64,000 bases of DNA from Alphaproteobacteria bacterium GM202ARS2 (GTDB lineage Bacteria; Pseudomonadota; Alphaproteobacteria; GM7ARS4): positions 95,363 to 159,362 of the forward strand of contig JACONH010000012.1 of assembly GCA_014323835.1 (NCBI GenBank), given 5' to 3'. How positions within the stretch are numbered: the first letter of the stretch is position 1; every line of letters begins with the position of its first letter. Shown piece by piece: positions 1-9,050 of this stretch. Made by a program: the position numbers and the translations under genes. The notes under the pieces were generated by a model. It worked only from the letters and a program-made list of their open reading frames with translations. It had not been told where the DNA came from and did not search any database.

Positions 1-213
1 GATAGCCGCCTGCCTAGCAGGGTTCTGCCCGCAAGCAGCCGTTAACACCTGTCCCATGATAACGTCGCCAACGTCCTCTTCCGAGAGTTGCGCACGAGCC
101 AACGACTCTTTGATAGCCACCGCACCGAGCGCGCTAGCGGACAGCGTCTTGAGCTGCCCAAGAAAAGAGCCAATAGGCGTGCGAACAGCCGATGTTAGAA
201 CAATATCAGTCAT
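1..213 (-). CDS. acetyl-CoA C-acetyltransferase (thiolase), N-terminal fragment; the 3' part lies beyond the window start
   Basis: Minus-strand translation from the ATG at 213..211 gives MTDIVLTSAVRTPIGSFLGQLKTLSASALGAVAIKESLARAQLSEEDVGDVIMGQVLTAACGQNPARQAAI. This is a classic thiolase N-terminus (VSAARTPIG...MGQVLTAGxGQNPARQAA). Same strand as etfBA immediately upstream. Confidence 0.8.
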   Translation of the reverse strand, partial: MTDIVLTSAVRTPIGSFLGQLKTLSASALGAVAIKESLARAQLSEEDVGDVIMGQVLTAACGQNPARQAAI

Positions 214-267
214 AGTGCCTTATAGCCTGTTTGGTGTCATACACGCAAGACTTACGAGTCATTGCCG

Positions 268-1209
268 TTACACTTTTTTGACGAGTTGCGGGAGCACCTC
301 GAACAAATCGCCGACCAGCCCATAATCAGCAAACTGGAAAATCGGGGCTTCCTCGTCCTTGTTAATAGCAACAACCACCTGTGCGTCCTTGATACCCGCA
401 AGATGCTGGATAGCCCCGCTGATGCCCACCGCCATATACAATTCAGGGGCAACAATCTTGCCGGTCTGCCCCACCTGCCAGTCATTCGGAGCATAGCCCG
501 CATCCACCGCGGCGCGGCTCGCACCAATGGCAGCCCCCAGCTTGTCAGCTAGAGACTCCAACAGCTTGAAGTTGTCGCTACTCTGTAAGCCCCGCCCGCC
601 AGAAATGACGACTCGCGCTGAAGTCAACTCAGGGCGGGTGCTCTCGCTGAGGGCTTGTTTGACAAACGTCGCCGCCGACTCTATGTCGGTAACATCGACA
701 GAGGCTATATCGGCAGGAGTGTTGCTTTCAGCTGCGGGTGCAAAAGCCGTTGTCCGCACAGTCAGCACTTTGATGGGGTCGTGGCACTGCACCGTCGCCA
801 GAGCATTGCCCGCATAGATGGGACGCTTAAAGGTGTCTTTGCCCTCGATGGCGATAATGTCGGAGATAGCATGACTATCGAGCAGGGCAGCCAGACGTGG
901 CACCATGTTTTTGCCTTCGGTGCTGGCAGGAGCCAGAATATAAGCATACCCTTGTGCCAGACCCTTAACCACATGCGCGGACGTCTCTGCCAAAGGATTT
1001 TTCAGCCACGCCTTTTCAGCACAAAGCACGCGGCTAATGCCCTCGAGGGCTGCCGCTTGCTTGGCGACCGCCGCGCACGAGTCACCCATGACCAGAACAT
1101 CCACAGACGATGCCAGCTGCGCCGCGGCGGTGACCACACGAGACACAGACGGTTTAAGCACGCCGCTGGCATGCTCCGCAACAACAAGGGCACGTAACGT
1201 ATCACTCAT
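268..1209 (-). CDS. etfA: electron transfer flavoprotein alpha subunit
   Basis: 313-aa ORF. C-terminal FAD-binding signature ...[56 protein letters not shown]... is typical of EtfA. 4-bp ATGA overlap with etfB. Confidence 0.9.
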   Translation of the reverse strand: MSDTLRALVVAEHASGVLKPSVSRVVTAAAQLASSVDVLVMGDSCAAVAKQAAALEGISRVLCAEKAWLKNPLAETSAHVVKGLAQGYAYILAPASTEGKNMVPRLAALLDSHAISDIIAIEGKDTFKRPIYAGNALATVQCHDPIKVLTVRTTAFAPAAESNTPADIASVDVTDIESAATFVKQALSESTRPELTSARVVISGGRGLQSSDNFKLLESLADKLGAAIGASRAAVDAGYAPNDWQVGQTGKIVAPELYMAVGISGAIQHLAGIKDAQVVVAINKDEEAPIFQFADYGLVGDLFEVLPQLVKKV

Positions 1210-1973
1210 GGGATAACCTTTGCCTCGTTGCGTAGTTTGTCCACGAGGTCGTCTACGTCGGCGACCATGACGCCGGCTTTGCGGGCGGGGGGCTCTTCGA
1301 CTTTTAAGGTGGTGGGTGGCTTGGGTAGCGCAATAGACAGTGACTCTAGGGGAATCTGCTCGATGGGCTTGCGTTTGGCTTGCATGATGTTGGGCAGAGA
1401 CGCAAAACGAGGCGTATTCAAACGCAAGTCAGTGGTAACCAGAGCGGGCAACGACAGACGCAACGTCTCGAGACCGCCGTCAATTTCTCGAGTCACCTCC
1501 AGATGCTTATCGCTGACACTCACCTCAGAGGCAAACGTCCCCTGCGGCCAATCGAGCAACGCGGCGAGCATCTGTCCGCACTGATTGTTGTCGCTATCGA
1601 TGGCTTGTTTACCCATGATGACCAGTTGGGGTTTTTCTTTGGCAACGAGTTGCTGCAAGATTTTGGCGATATGGAGCGCGGGCAACGAAGGATCATCGCA
1701 GACGACGTGGATGCCTCTGTCGGCGCCCATAGCCAGAGCCGTGCGCAAGGTCTCTTGGCAGGCAGCAGGCCCTATGGTCGCGGCAATCACCTGTTGGGCG
1801 TGCTTCTTTTCTTTGAGGCGCACCGCTTCCTCGACGGCAATCTCATCGAAGGGGTTCATCGACATTTTGACGTTTTGGGTTTCAACGCCGCTGTTGTCGC
1901 TTTTGACGCGGATGTGGATGGTATAGTCCACGACCCGTTTGACGGTAACAAGAATGGTTTCCAGCGCAGACAT
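1206..1973 (-). CDS. etfB: electron transfer flavoprotein beta subunit
   Basis: 255 aa. The N-terminus [18 protein letters not shown]....[22 protein letters not shown] matches the conserved EtfB start. Confidence 0.9.
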   Translation of the reverse strand: MSALETILVTVKRVVDYTIHIRVKSDNSGVETQNVKMSMNPFDEIAVEEAVRLKEKKHAQQVIAATIGPAACQETLRTALAMGADRGIHVVCDDPSLPALHIAKILQQLVAKEKPQLVIMGKQAIDSDNNQCGQMLAALLDWPQGTFASEVSVSDKHLEVTREIDGGLETLRLSLPALVTTDLRLNTPRFASLPNIMQAKRKPIEQIPLESLSIALPKPPTTLKVEEPPARKAGVMVADVDDLVDKLRNEAKVIP

Positions 1974-2089
1974 AACGTTCGTAACTCATAGGCAAAAATC
2001 AATAAGCATAAAATCGGCGGTATGGTGCCCGTGCATGTGCCGTTTATGCCCTGTGTATGCTCTGTGTTACGCTGTTTGAGGGTGTGTTG

Positions 2090-2677
2090 TCAATGCTCGG
2101 ATTCGGATGAACGTTGATTTTTGGCGGGCTGCCACAGCACGTCTGTGGCGCCGTTGTCGTTGGCTTGTCTTGCCAAGACAAAGAGCAAATCCGACAGACG
2201 ATTCAGGTAGGTTATAACGTGGGGGTTAATGGCGGTGCTTCGATGAAGGTCAATGACGTTGCGCTCGCATCGGCGCGCCACCGCTCGAGCTACGTGCAAC
2301 CAACTGGCAAGAGCACTGCCACCGGGCAGAATGAACGACCGCAACGGCTGTAAATCAGCGTTGGCTTTGTCGATGTGTGCCTCGAGGCGAGACGTGTAAT
2401 CTGCCGTAATGCGCTTGGGCGCATACTTTGTTTGCGAGTCGAGGGGCTGGCACAAATCAGCACCGATATCGAACAAGTCGTTTTGCAGCTCGGCAAGGAC
2501 GGCATCACAAGGCGCGCCTTTTCCGTGCAGACGCGCGATGCCAATAAAGCAGTTGGCTTCGTCAGCGTCACCGCACGCCCGTATGCGCGGGTGAGTCTTG
2601 CTGTGGCGTGAGCCATCGCCAAAGGAGGTGTCGCCGCTATCGCCGCCACGGGTGTAAATGGTATCGAGCTTGACCAT
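2090..2677 (-). CDS. ATP:cob(I)alamin adenosyltransferase, PduO type
   Basis: 195 aa. The N-terminal KLDTIYTRGGDSGDTSFGDGSRHSK matches the PduO-type ATR motif (KIYTRTGDxGxTSL). Confidence 0.85.
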   Translation of the reverse strand: MVKLDTIYTRGGDSGDTSFGDGSRHSKTHPRIRACGDADEANCFIGIARLHGKGAPCDAVLAELQNDLFDIGADLCQPLDSQTKYAPKRITADYTSRLEAHIDKANADLQPLRSFILPGGSALASWLHVARAVARRCERNVIDLHRSTAINPHVITYLNRLSDLLFVLARQANDNGATDVLWQPAKNQRSSESEH

Positions 2678-2678
2678 G

Positions 2679-2870
2679 TTAGTGGATAAGGAAAAGAGTC
2701 AACATCATCAAGATAGCCAGCAGCTGAAAGAAGACCCGCAGACGCATCAGCTTGTTGGATTGTTGGGCGTTGTCGGCACCCTTGCGGGCAAACTGGATAA
2801 GACCGATTGCCAGCACAATAACAACGGAAGCAAGAGCAAGACTAACAGGGATAATCGTCCAATGGGACAT
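2679..2870 (-). CDS. small twin-transmembrane-helix protein (hypothetical)
   Basis: 63-aa ORF with two hydrophobic helices (IIPVSLALASVVIVLAIGLI / VFFQLLAILMMLTLFLI). Its stop lies 1 nt upstream of the cobalamin adenosyltransferase start on the same strand, suggesting an operon. No homology check was possible. Confidence 0.5.
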   Translation of the reverse strand: MSHWTIIPVSLALASVVIVLAIGLIQFARKGADNAQQSNKLMRLRVFFQLLAILMMLTLFLIH

Positions 2871-3167
2871 AAGAGGCTACGAGAAAGCTATAAGGGTCGT
2901 TACGTATGCAACGTGGGGGTGCAACGTGGGGGGGGGTAAACCTATACGGGTGCTCTTGTTGACAACAACCACGTGACAGCCCGTGTGGCGGCGGGTGGCA
3001 GGCGGCGGTGGGGCGGGGAGAAGGGGTCCTGCAAGGAAAAGGAGGGCAACTGCCTAACAGGACGCCCCCCTCCCCATAAGACATAAACCTTGGGCTTATA
3101 ACAACCTGAGGTTTATGAGACGCAAAAGAACGTCTATGTAGTTATAGACGATATTTTATGTCATCGT

Positions 3168-3866
3168 CTAGTCTTTTTTATTGGTTTGTGCTTTTTTTGT
3201 GACGACAGCGAGGGGGCATAGAATTTTAATGACGAGAACAGTGGCTAGAATACTACCGAGCAGTTGAAAGACGATGAAGGGGACGGCATTTTCTGTTGCG
3301 ATGCCGACATTGGAGGTGGTAAACGTCCGTGCGAAGGTGGCTGCCGGGTTAATGTAGGCACCCGAGGATGACACTAGGACGGCAAGAGTGACGTAGGTCG
3401 AAACCAGCAGAGGCAACCGCTCGGGATGTTGGGCGGCGGCGATGAGGGCGACCATGACGAGTCCGAAGGTCATAAGGATTTCCGATAGCCACAAGCCACC
3501 TGTGGCGATGCTCGTGGGCGGAGGGGTTTGTAGGGCGGGCGTATCGAACATGGTGTGGACGGCAGCAACCGCAACGACGGCACCGAGCACCTGCGCGAGA
3601 ATATAGACGACTCCATCGTGCCAGTCAGTGTCACCGCTGAAGATGAAGGCAAGCGTAACCGCGGGGTTGAAATGCCCGCCTGAGAAAGGTTGGGCAAGGG
3701 TAATGCCCACGAACAGGGCGCCGCCGGTGGCAAGGGCGTTAATCAGCAAAGGCTGAGTGCGCAAGCCATCAGCAACAATGACAGAGCCGACAATGGCAAC
3801 GAGCAACAAGGCGGTGCCAAAAAATTCAGCAGCAAAACGAGCAGATAACGGTTGGGGCATATACAT
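3168..3866 (-). CDS. MIP family channel (aquaporin Z-like)
   Basis: 232 aa with six predicted TM segments and two NPA boxes (SGGHFNPAVT and NPAATFA). Confidence 0.85.
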   Translation of the reverse strand: MYMPQPLSARFAAEFFGTALLLVAIVGSVIVADGLRTQPLLINALATGGALFVGITLAQPFSGGHFNPAVTLAFIFSGDTDWHDGVVYILAQVLGAVVAVAAVHTMFDTPALQTPPPTSIATGGLWLSEILMTFGLVMVALIAAAQHPERLPLLVSTYVTLAVLVSSSGAYINPAATFARTFTTSNVGIATENAVPFIVFQLLGSILATVLVIKILCPLAVVTKKAQTNKKD

Positions 3867-3906
3867 GGGCGTATCTCAAACAGGTAGCAGGGCGACAGCT
3901 AAAGCC

Positions 3907-4260
3907 TTAGTGCTTATAGGCGGGTGTCGTGGTGAGGGGCGTATCGTTGAATCCCTCATCGATGTCGAAGGCACTTTTCATATATTTGCCGCTTTCTTTA
4001 TCGAGAAAGAGAATGGCTTTCCAGCCGGTATTCCAGACGATGTAGGCGCGCCCGTCCTGTTCGCTCCAGATACCGAAGGCATTTTGACTGCCGTGAGCAT
4101 GGGCTTGTCCGCCGCTCTCGAGGACGATATCGTATTCGCCGCCGCGGGTATCGGTGACGTGCCACGTGCCGACCCACGATTCTGCCAAGAGACCGCAAGC
4201 ACCAACAAAAGTAAGAACAACTGCAAGAACGCCCATACGCGCCGAATATCGAGAAAGCAT
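3907..4260 (-). CDS. putative lipoprotein / secreted protein of unknown function
   Basis: 117 aa. N-terminal signal-like segment MGVLAVVLTFVGACG with a lipobox-like VGAC. Preferred over the overlapping '+' ORF 3757..4269, which looks like low-complexity antisense. Confidence 0.45.
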   Translation of the reverse strand: MLSRYSARMGVLAVVLTFVGACGLLAESWVGTWHVTDTRGGEYDIVLESGGQAHAHGSQNAFGIWSEQDGRAYIVWNTGWKAILFLDKESGKYMKSAFDIDEGFNDTPLTTTPAYKH

Positions 4261-4354
4261 AACCCGTGACTCCTTGTTGTGTAAGGTTGATTGTCCCTAT
4301 ATGCTAGCAAAAGGCTTTGTTCCGTGCAAGAATTATTTAGAGGATAAAAAAACA

Positions 4355-5074
4355 ATGTCACACCCAGCAGTCATTTTTGATTTAGATGGCACCCTCGTGG
4401 ACACCGCAGAAGATCTAGGCATAGCGTTACAGTATACGTTGCGTCAGGCTGGTGTGAAGCCCTGTTCGCTGGAGTCCGCACGGCGGTGGGTGGGACACGG
4501 CGCGCTCGCTCTGTTGCGTCACGGCTTCGCGGCACAGGGCCAGACACCGACAGAGGACGAGCTCGCCAAACACTGCGACACCTTCCTTGCCTTTTATAGC
4601 GAGCACCTATCCGAGCATAGCCGTGCGTATCCCCATGCGGTCTCGACCCTTAAGACGCTCCAAGCACAAGGCTACGTTCTGGGCGTTTGCACCAACAAAC
4701 CACACGATTTTGCCGTGCGTCTCCTCGATGCGTTGGACGTGCGGAAACATTTTGCTTGTGTATGTGGCTACGCTGGCGATGGCGTGCGTAAGCCCGATAA
4801 AGAGCTCTTGCTCCGAGTCTTGCAACGTATGGATGTTGAAGCCACCCGCGCCAGCGTCATGGTGGGCGACAGTCTGGCAGACGCCCAAGCCGCACAAGGC
4901 TGTGGCTTGCGGTTTGTCGCTGTGTCCTTTGGCTATGGCTATGACTCCCTTATGGGAGGGGGGGCAGGGGGGGCAGAGAACAACAGCGATGTCGCTATAG
5001 ACGTTACGCTGGATGACTTAGCTGCGCTGCCGCCTTGGTTACAGAAAGATTCGAGCACCCCCCCGCCCCCCTGA
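4355..5074 (+). CDS. gph: HAD-IA family hydrolase, phosphoglycolate phosphatase-like
   Basis: Start moved to the ATG at 4355 (MSHPAVIFDLDGTLVDT...), preceded by AGGA. HAD motif I is DLDGTL and motif IV is VMVGDSLADAQAA, typical of Gph. Confidence 0.7.
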   Translation: MSHPAVIFDLDGTLVDTAEDLGIALQYTLRQAGVKPCSLESARRWVGHGALALLRHGFAAQGQTPTEDELAKHCDTFLAFYSEHLSEHSRAYPHAVSTLKTLQAQGYVLGVCTNKPHDFAVRLLDALDVRKHFACVCGYAGDGVRKPDKELLLRVLQRMDVEATRASVMVGDSLADAQAAQGCGLRFVAVSFGYGYDSLMGGGAGGAENNSDVAIDVTLDDLAALPPWLQKDSSTPPPP

Positions 5075-5286
5075 ATCCCTTTGACACTCCCCCTGAATCC
5101 CTTTAATCAACCCTGACAACTATAAGTAATGAAACTTTAAGTAAATAACCTTCTACGCACTGTCGCTGAAGAGGGGAATTGACGCAACACACTTTTCTGT
5201 CTGCCCTCTGAATCTCTCTTTTTGAACTTTAAGTAACGCAACTTTAAGTAAGCACGCCCGATACGTCAGCCCGCCCCTGCACAGCC

Positions 5287-5901
5287 TTACGCGCTGCCGC
5301 TGAAGGGTGAAATCTGTGCCAGATTGAAGTCGAGGCTATCTTTTGCTCGTTGCCACTTGTCGTTGTCATCGGGCGAGAAAATAAGGTTGCTGTCGCCGGG
5401 GATTTCAATCCACGCGGTGCTACTGAGTTCGCTTTCTAGTTGTCCTCGTCCCCAGCCGGCGTAGCCGAGGGCGAGCAGATAATCTTTTGGCCCCTTGAGG
5501 GTAGCGATATCGCGCACGATGTCGATGGTGGCGGTGAGGCAAATGTTGTCGTCAATGTTGACGGTGGCGTTATGGTTGTAGTCGTTAGAGTGCAAGACGA
5601 ATCCGCGGCGTGTCTCGACGGGCCCGCCGAAGTGGATGCGTTGCTTTTCGGTGATGGGGGCTGCTTTGATGCCGAGCTGTGATAGCAAAAACGGAAAGGT
5701 GAGGGACTCGACAACCTTATTGAAGATGATACCCATGGCTCCTTGCGTCGAGTGCGCGATAATATAAATGAGCGACCGCTCGAAACGCTCATCGCGGATC
5801 ATCGGAGTCGCAATCAGAATCTTGCCAGCAAGAGACTTTGCCGGCTTGCTACGACGAGAAGGAGTGCGTGGTTTCATCATGCTTATGGCTCTGTCGGTCA
5901 A
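5287..5901 (-). CDS. YqgE/AlgH family protein (UPF0301)
   Basis: 204 aa. Core ...LIATP...D..F.RSLIYI..H...GAMGIIFNK.......GGPV...RGFVLHS...NLIFS matches the YqgE/AlgH fold family. The exact start is uncertain. Confidence 0.75.
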   Translation of the reverse strand: MTDRAISMMKPRTPSRRSKPAKSLAGKILIATPMIRDERFERSLIYIIAHSTQGAMGIIFNKVVESLTFPFLLSQLGIKAAPITEKQRIHFGGPVETRRGFVLHSNDYNHNATVNIDDNICLTATIDIVRDIATLKGPKDYLLALGYAGWGRGQLESELSSTAWIEIPGDSNLIFSPDDNDKWQRAKDSLDFNLAQISPFSGSA

Positions 5902-6126
5902 GATAAGATTACGTGTATAAGACTACCACAGATGTGTCTTTTTTTGAAAGAGAGATAAGACACATATATACAGTGTTATAGTCTATCATACATCGTGGGG
6001 GTGGGGCGGGCGTGGGGTGTGGGTGTGACGGGGGTCGAACAGGGGTGCTTGCGGTTACACGTATATATAGTGCATATATATGTGGAGGGTTTGGTTTTTA
6101 TGTTTTGAATGATTTGAGGCGTATCG

Positions 6127-7434
6127 ATGATTCCGCGTTATAGTCGAGAGGCGATGGCAGCGCTCTGGTCGGACGACAAGAGGTTTTCTTTTTGGCTCGA
6201 GATTGAGCTGCTGGCATGTGAGGCTTGTGCGCATCACGGCTTGTTACCGCCTGAGGTGGCGCGTCGTATACGTAAGCGGGCGCGCTTTGACACAAAGCGG
6301 GTGCATGCTCTGGAAGCCGAAAGCAAGCACGATGTGTTGGCGTTTCTTGCTAGTGTTGGCGAGTCTTTGGGTGACGATTCGGCTTATTTGCATCGAGGCT
6401 TGACCTCCTCAGATGTCATCGATACCGCCTTCAGTCTGCAGTTGGTGGCGGCGGCGGATGTGTTGCTGGCTGGGCTGAAACGACTCTGTGATGGGCTGGA
6501 AAAACAGGCGTGGCGGTATAAAGACGTGCTGTGCATGGGACGCTCCCATGGTATGTGGGCAGAGCCAACCAGCTTCGGCTTGAAAATGGCGTATGCGTGG
6601 GCAGAATTCCAGCGTAACATCCAACGCTTGCAAACAGCACAAGAAGACGTGCGGGTGTGTGCCTTGTCAGGCCCTGTCGGGACGTATGCCCACCTTGCCC
6701 CTGAGATCGAAGCTTTTGTTGCGGAGCGTCTGAATCTACGTGTCGAGACGGTGTCCACACAGATTATCCCGCGGGATAGGCATGCGCTGTTTTTCTGTGT
6801 GTTGGGGGTTATTGCTGCGTCTGTTGACCGTCTGGCAACGGAGGTGCGTCACTTACAACGTAGCGAAGTTGCTGAAGCGGCTGAACCCTTCGCGCACGGG
6901 CAAAAAGGCTCCTCAGCCATGCCACACAAACGCAACCCGATTCTCAGCGAGAATGTCTCGGGGCTAGGACGGCTGGTGCGTTCCTATGTGCCAGCGGCTT
7001 TGGATAACGTGGTGCTGTGGCACGAGCGCGATATCAGTCACTCTTCTGTCGAGCGGGTGATTGCTCCTGATGCCACCATTGCCCTCGATTTTGCCGTGCA
7101 TCGACTGACGCACATTATAGAGGGCTTGGTGGTGGATGCCGACAAGATGGCACACCACATCGCGCAAAGCGGCGGGCTGTATGGCTCGTCTAAGGTGCTG
7201 GTTGCCCTGATGGAACAAGGTGTTGCCCGGGAACAAGCTTACAGCGCGGTGCAACAAGCAGCATTGAAATGCTATCAGGGCAAAACACCGTCTTTTATGC
7301 AGGGCTTGCAAGATGACTCTGTCGTCAATAAGGCACTGACTGCCGAGCAGCTGAAGGCTCTGCTTGAACCGCAAGATTACGTCAAGCACTTAGGGACAAT
7401 CTATCAGCGAGTCTTTAATAAAAAGATAGACTAA
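6127..7434 (+). CDS. purB: adenylosuccinate lyase
   Basis: 435 aa. N-terminal RYSREAMAALWSDDKRFSFWLEIELLACEA and the fumarate-lyase signature GSSAMPHKRNP. Confidence 0.9.
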   Translation: MIPRYSREAMAALWSDDKRFSFWLEIELLACEACAHHGLLPPEVARRIRKRARFDTKRVHALEAESKHDVLAFLASVGESLGDDSAYLHRGLTSSDVIDTAFSLQLVAAADVLLAGLKRLCDGLEKQAWRYKDVLCMGRSHGMWAEPTSFGLKMAYAWAEFQRNIQRLQTAQEDVRVCALSGPVGTYAHLAPEIEAFVAERLNLRVETVSTQIIPRDRHALFFCVLGVIAASVDRLATEVRHLQRSEVAEAAEPFAHGQKGSSAMPHKRNPILSENVSGLGRLVRSYVPAALDNVVLWHERDISHSSVERVIAPDATIALDFAVHRLTHIIEGLVVDADKMAHHIAQSGGLYGSSKVLVALMEQGVAREQAYSAVQQAALKCYQGKTPSFMQGLQDDSVVNKALTAEQLKALLEPQDYVKHLGTIYQRVFNKKID

Positions 7435-7533
7435 TGAATTGATAGTGAATAACACCTTTGTATACTCGTGTTTTTCTGTGGATAACTCTCTTTACTTTTG
7501 AGCGATGTCAGGCGATGATGTAACTTAAAGTTG

Positions 7534-7557
7534 CCATACTTAGAAGTATGGTTTTTT
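7534..7557 (+). terminator. putative rho-independent terminator (AT-rich hairpin + T6)
   Basis: CCATACT-TAGA-AGTATGG hairpin followed by TTTTTT, about 100 nt downstream of the purB stop. Confidence 0.3.
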
Positions 7558-7585
7558 ATCGTTGACACATAAGGAGGGTATAACG

Positions 7586-8752
7586 ATGAGACTTTTATTT
7601 TCTACAGTCGTGCTTTTTGGGTGCTTGGCTTTTGGTTTTGTGCCTGTGGTTTTGGCGGATGATGATGTTCAGCCGTCGCCGCCGTCTATTGGAGCGGATG
7701 TTCCTTTGACGTATTTTGGGCCTGCGCCGTCGGATGTTCAGCGTGAGTTGATAGGGCCTTATCAGTTATTGAAGTCGGGCCGTATTGATCATGAGCGTTC
7801 ATCGATTACGTTGCCGTTGTATCATGGTCGTATGCGTAATGGCGATGATGTTTGGTATATTGTTTTGGACACGACGGATTTTGGTAATGCGGAGGCTTTG
7901 GGGATTAACTATGCGCCGAAGTTATTTTATTCGAATGTTGATGGAGCGGTGCGCCGTGCTCGTTTGGGTAAGAACTTTGAGTTGGTTTTTGATTCGGGCG
8001 AGGTTGATTTTTCGCCCAAGCGGTCGGTTGTTGCGGGGGACAAGCCGAATTATTTTCCGCCCAAGAGTCACCAAGCGGGTTCCGTTGGCGATAGCGACTA
8101 CACCCCGCTGGTCGAGATTGTCAATGCGGGCGGTCATATTTACAATGCGCCGGTTTTGGCACAGGATGTATCGGCGGATGCGTTGAACAAGTTCTGTGAT
8201 GGTGGTGTTGATTATGATGTTGTCCATGACAAGGTGATGCGGATATGTCCTCGAGAGGCTGAGGTTGAGATATCGTTGACGGCGGGCTTTAGTTTTTCTC
8301 GGCCGGTTTTGTATATTTCCACGGAGGCGAACGATACGTTGGTTGCAGCGTTGGAGGGGGCTACGTATACGCCGGCGATGAAGAACATTGGCGTTGGTGG
8401 TGATGATAGTCTGTTTAGTCCTGTGGAGCGGATTTTTGTTTTTGTCAATGGGCCGTTGGGTCGGGGCAATCCGCAGCGTCAGGGTTTGAATAGTGCTTTG
8501 TCGGATGGGATGACTCCTTTGAATGTTTTGGGGGGTATTCCGACTGTAGCGACGGATTATAGCCCTTTGTGGGATTTGAATCCGGCGGTGTGGACGGACA
8601 AAGCCATTAAGCGTGGCTATCGCTCTCGTATGACGGAGGAGTTTGCCATTTTGGGTTTAGCGGAGAAAGGTTGGATTACGGGCTTGGGCGGTAAAGCCTT
8701 TGGCTCGTCGGGCTTCGTTGTCAATTGTCCGATTGTTTTCCGCTTCTTGTAA
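7586..8752 (+). CDS. secreted hypothetical protein
   Basis: Start set at ATG 7586 (MRLLFSTVVLFGCLAFGFVPVVLADDD..., a clear signal peptide), 8 nt after a strong SD AAGGAGGG. 388 aa with no recognisable catalytic motif. Confidence 0.6.
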   Translation: MRLLFSTVVLFGCLAFGFVPVVLADDDVQPSPPSIGADVPLTYFGPAPSDVQRELIGPYQLLKSGRIDHERSSITLPLYHGRMRNGDDVWYIVLDTTDFGNAEALGINYAPKLFYSNVDGAVRRARLGKNFELVFDSGEVDFSPKRSVVAGDKPNYFPPKSHQAGSVGDSDYTPLVEIVNAGGHIYNAPVLAQDVSADALNKFCDGGVDYDVVHDKVMRICPREAEVEISLTAGFSFSRPVLYISTEANDTLVAALEGATYTPAMKNIGVGGDDSLFSPVERIFVFVNGPLGRGNPQRQGLNSALSDGMTPLNVLGGIPTVATDYSPLWDLNPAVWTDKAIKRGYRSRMTEEFAILGLAEKGWITGLGGKAFGSSGFVVNCPIVFRFL

Positions 8753-8792
8753 GCAGTTGGGAGGGGTGTAGGGGCAGGTAAGGAGGGCTGGA

Positions 8793-8827
8793 GCGCGTCT
8801 GAGCTTGTCTCAGGCGCGTTCCTTTTT
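8793..8827 (+). terminator. rho-independent terminator
   Basis: GCGCGTCTGAG-CTTGT-CTCAGGCGCG hairpin (10 bp, one G.U) followed by TTCCTTTTT, 40 nt after the stop at 8752. Confidence 0.5.
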
Positions 8828-8881
8828 GCGGATGTGGTGACTTGATATTGTGGTGCTATTGTGGCTAGAGTGTGCTGGTGC

Positions 8882-8955
8882 GCGCCCGTAGCTCAATTGG
8901 ATAGAGCGTCTGACTACGGATCAGGAGGCTGGGAGTTCGAGTCTTCCCGGGCGCG
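8882..8955 (+). tRNA. tRNA-Arg (anticodon ACG)
   Basis: Hand-folded cloverleaf. Acceptor GCGCCCG/CGGGCGC, D-arm GCTC..GAGC, anticodon stem TCTGA/TCAGG with loop CTACGGA (ACG), T-arm GGGAG-TTCGAGT-CTTCC, discriminator G. No encoded CCA. Followed by a T-run. Confidence 0.85.
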
Positions 8956-8981
8956 CTTTTTTATTTTTTGCACGAGTCATG

Positions 8982-9010
8982 TTGACAAAATCGACTCGTT
9001 CTTTTATGCT
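8982..9010 (+). promoter_or_regulatory. sigma70-like promoter candidate for the giant gene (TTGACA - 17 bp - TATGCT)
   Basis: TTGACA at 8982..8987, a 17-bp spacer, TATGCT at 9005..9010. The RBS AAGGAG lies at 9036..9041, 9 nt before the GTG start at 9051. Confidence 0.35.
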
Positions 9011-9050
9011 TGGCTATCTGTTTTACTGTCACGTCAAAGGAGATTGACCG

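Noticed and set aside
655-1197. 180-aa '+' ORF inside etfA, and 55405..55953 '-' inside polA
   Set aside because: Both are opposite strongly supported conserved genes and have His/Arg-rich composition with no motifs.
3757-4269. 170-aa '+' ORF overlapping the lipoprotein gene
   Set aside because: It has no signal or motif and sits entirely opposite a minus-strand ORF with a signal peptide. It was judged a spurious antisense frame.
8956-9050. Integrase or mobile element at the tRNA-Arg 3' side
   Set aside because: No ORF with recombinase features and no copy of the tRNA 3' end downstream. There is only a promoter-like sequence.
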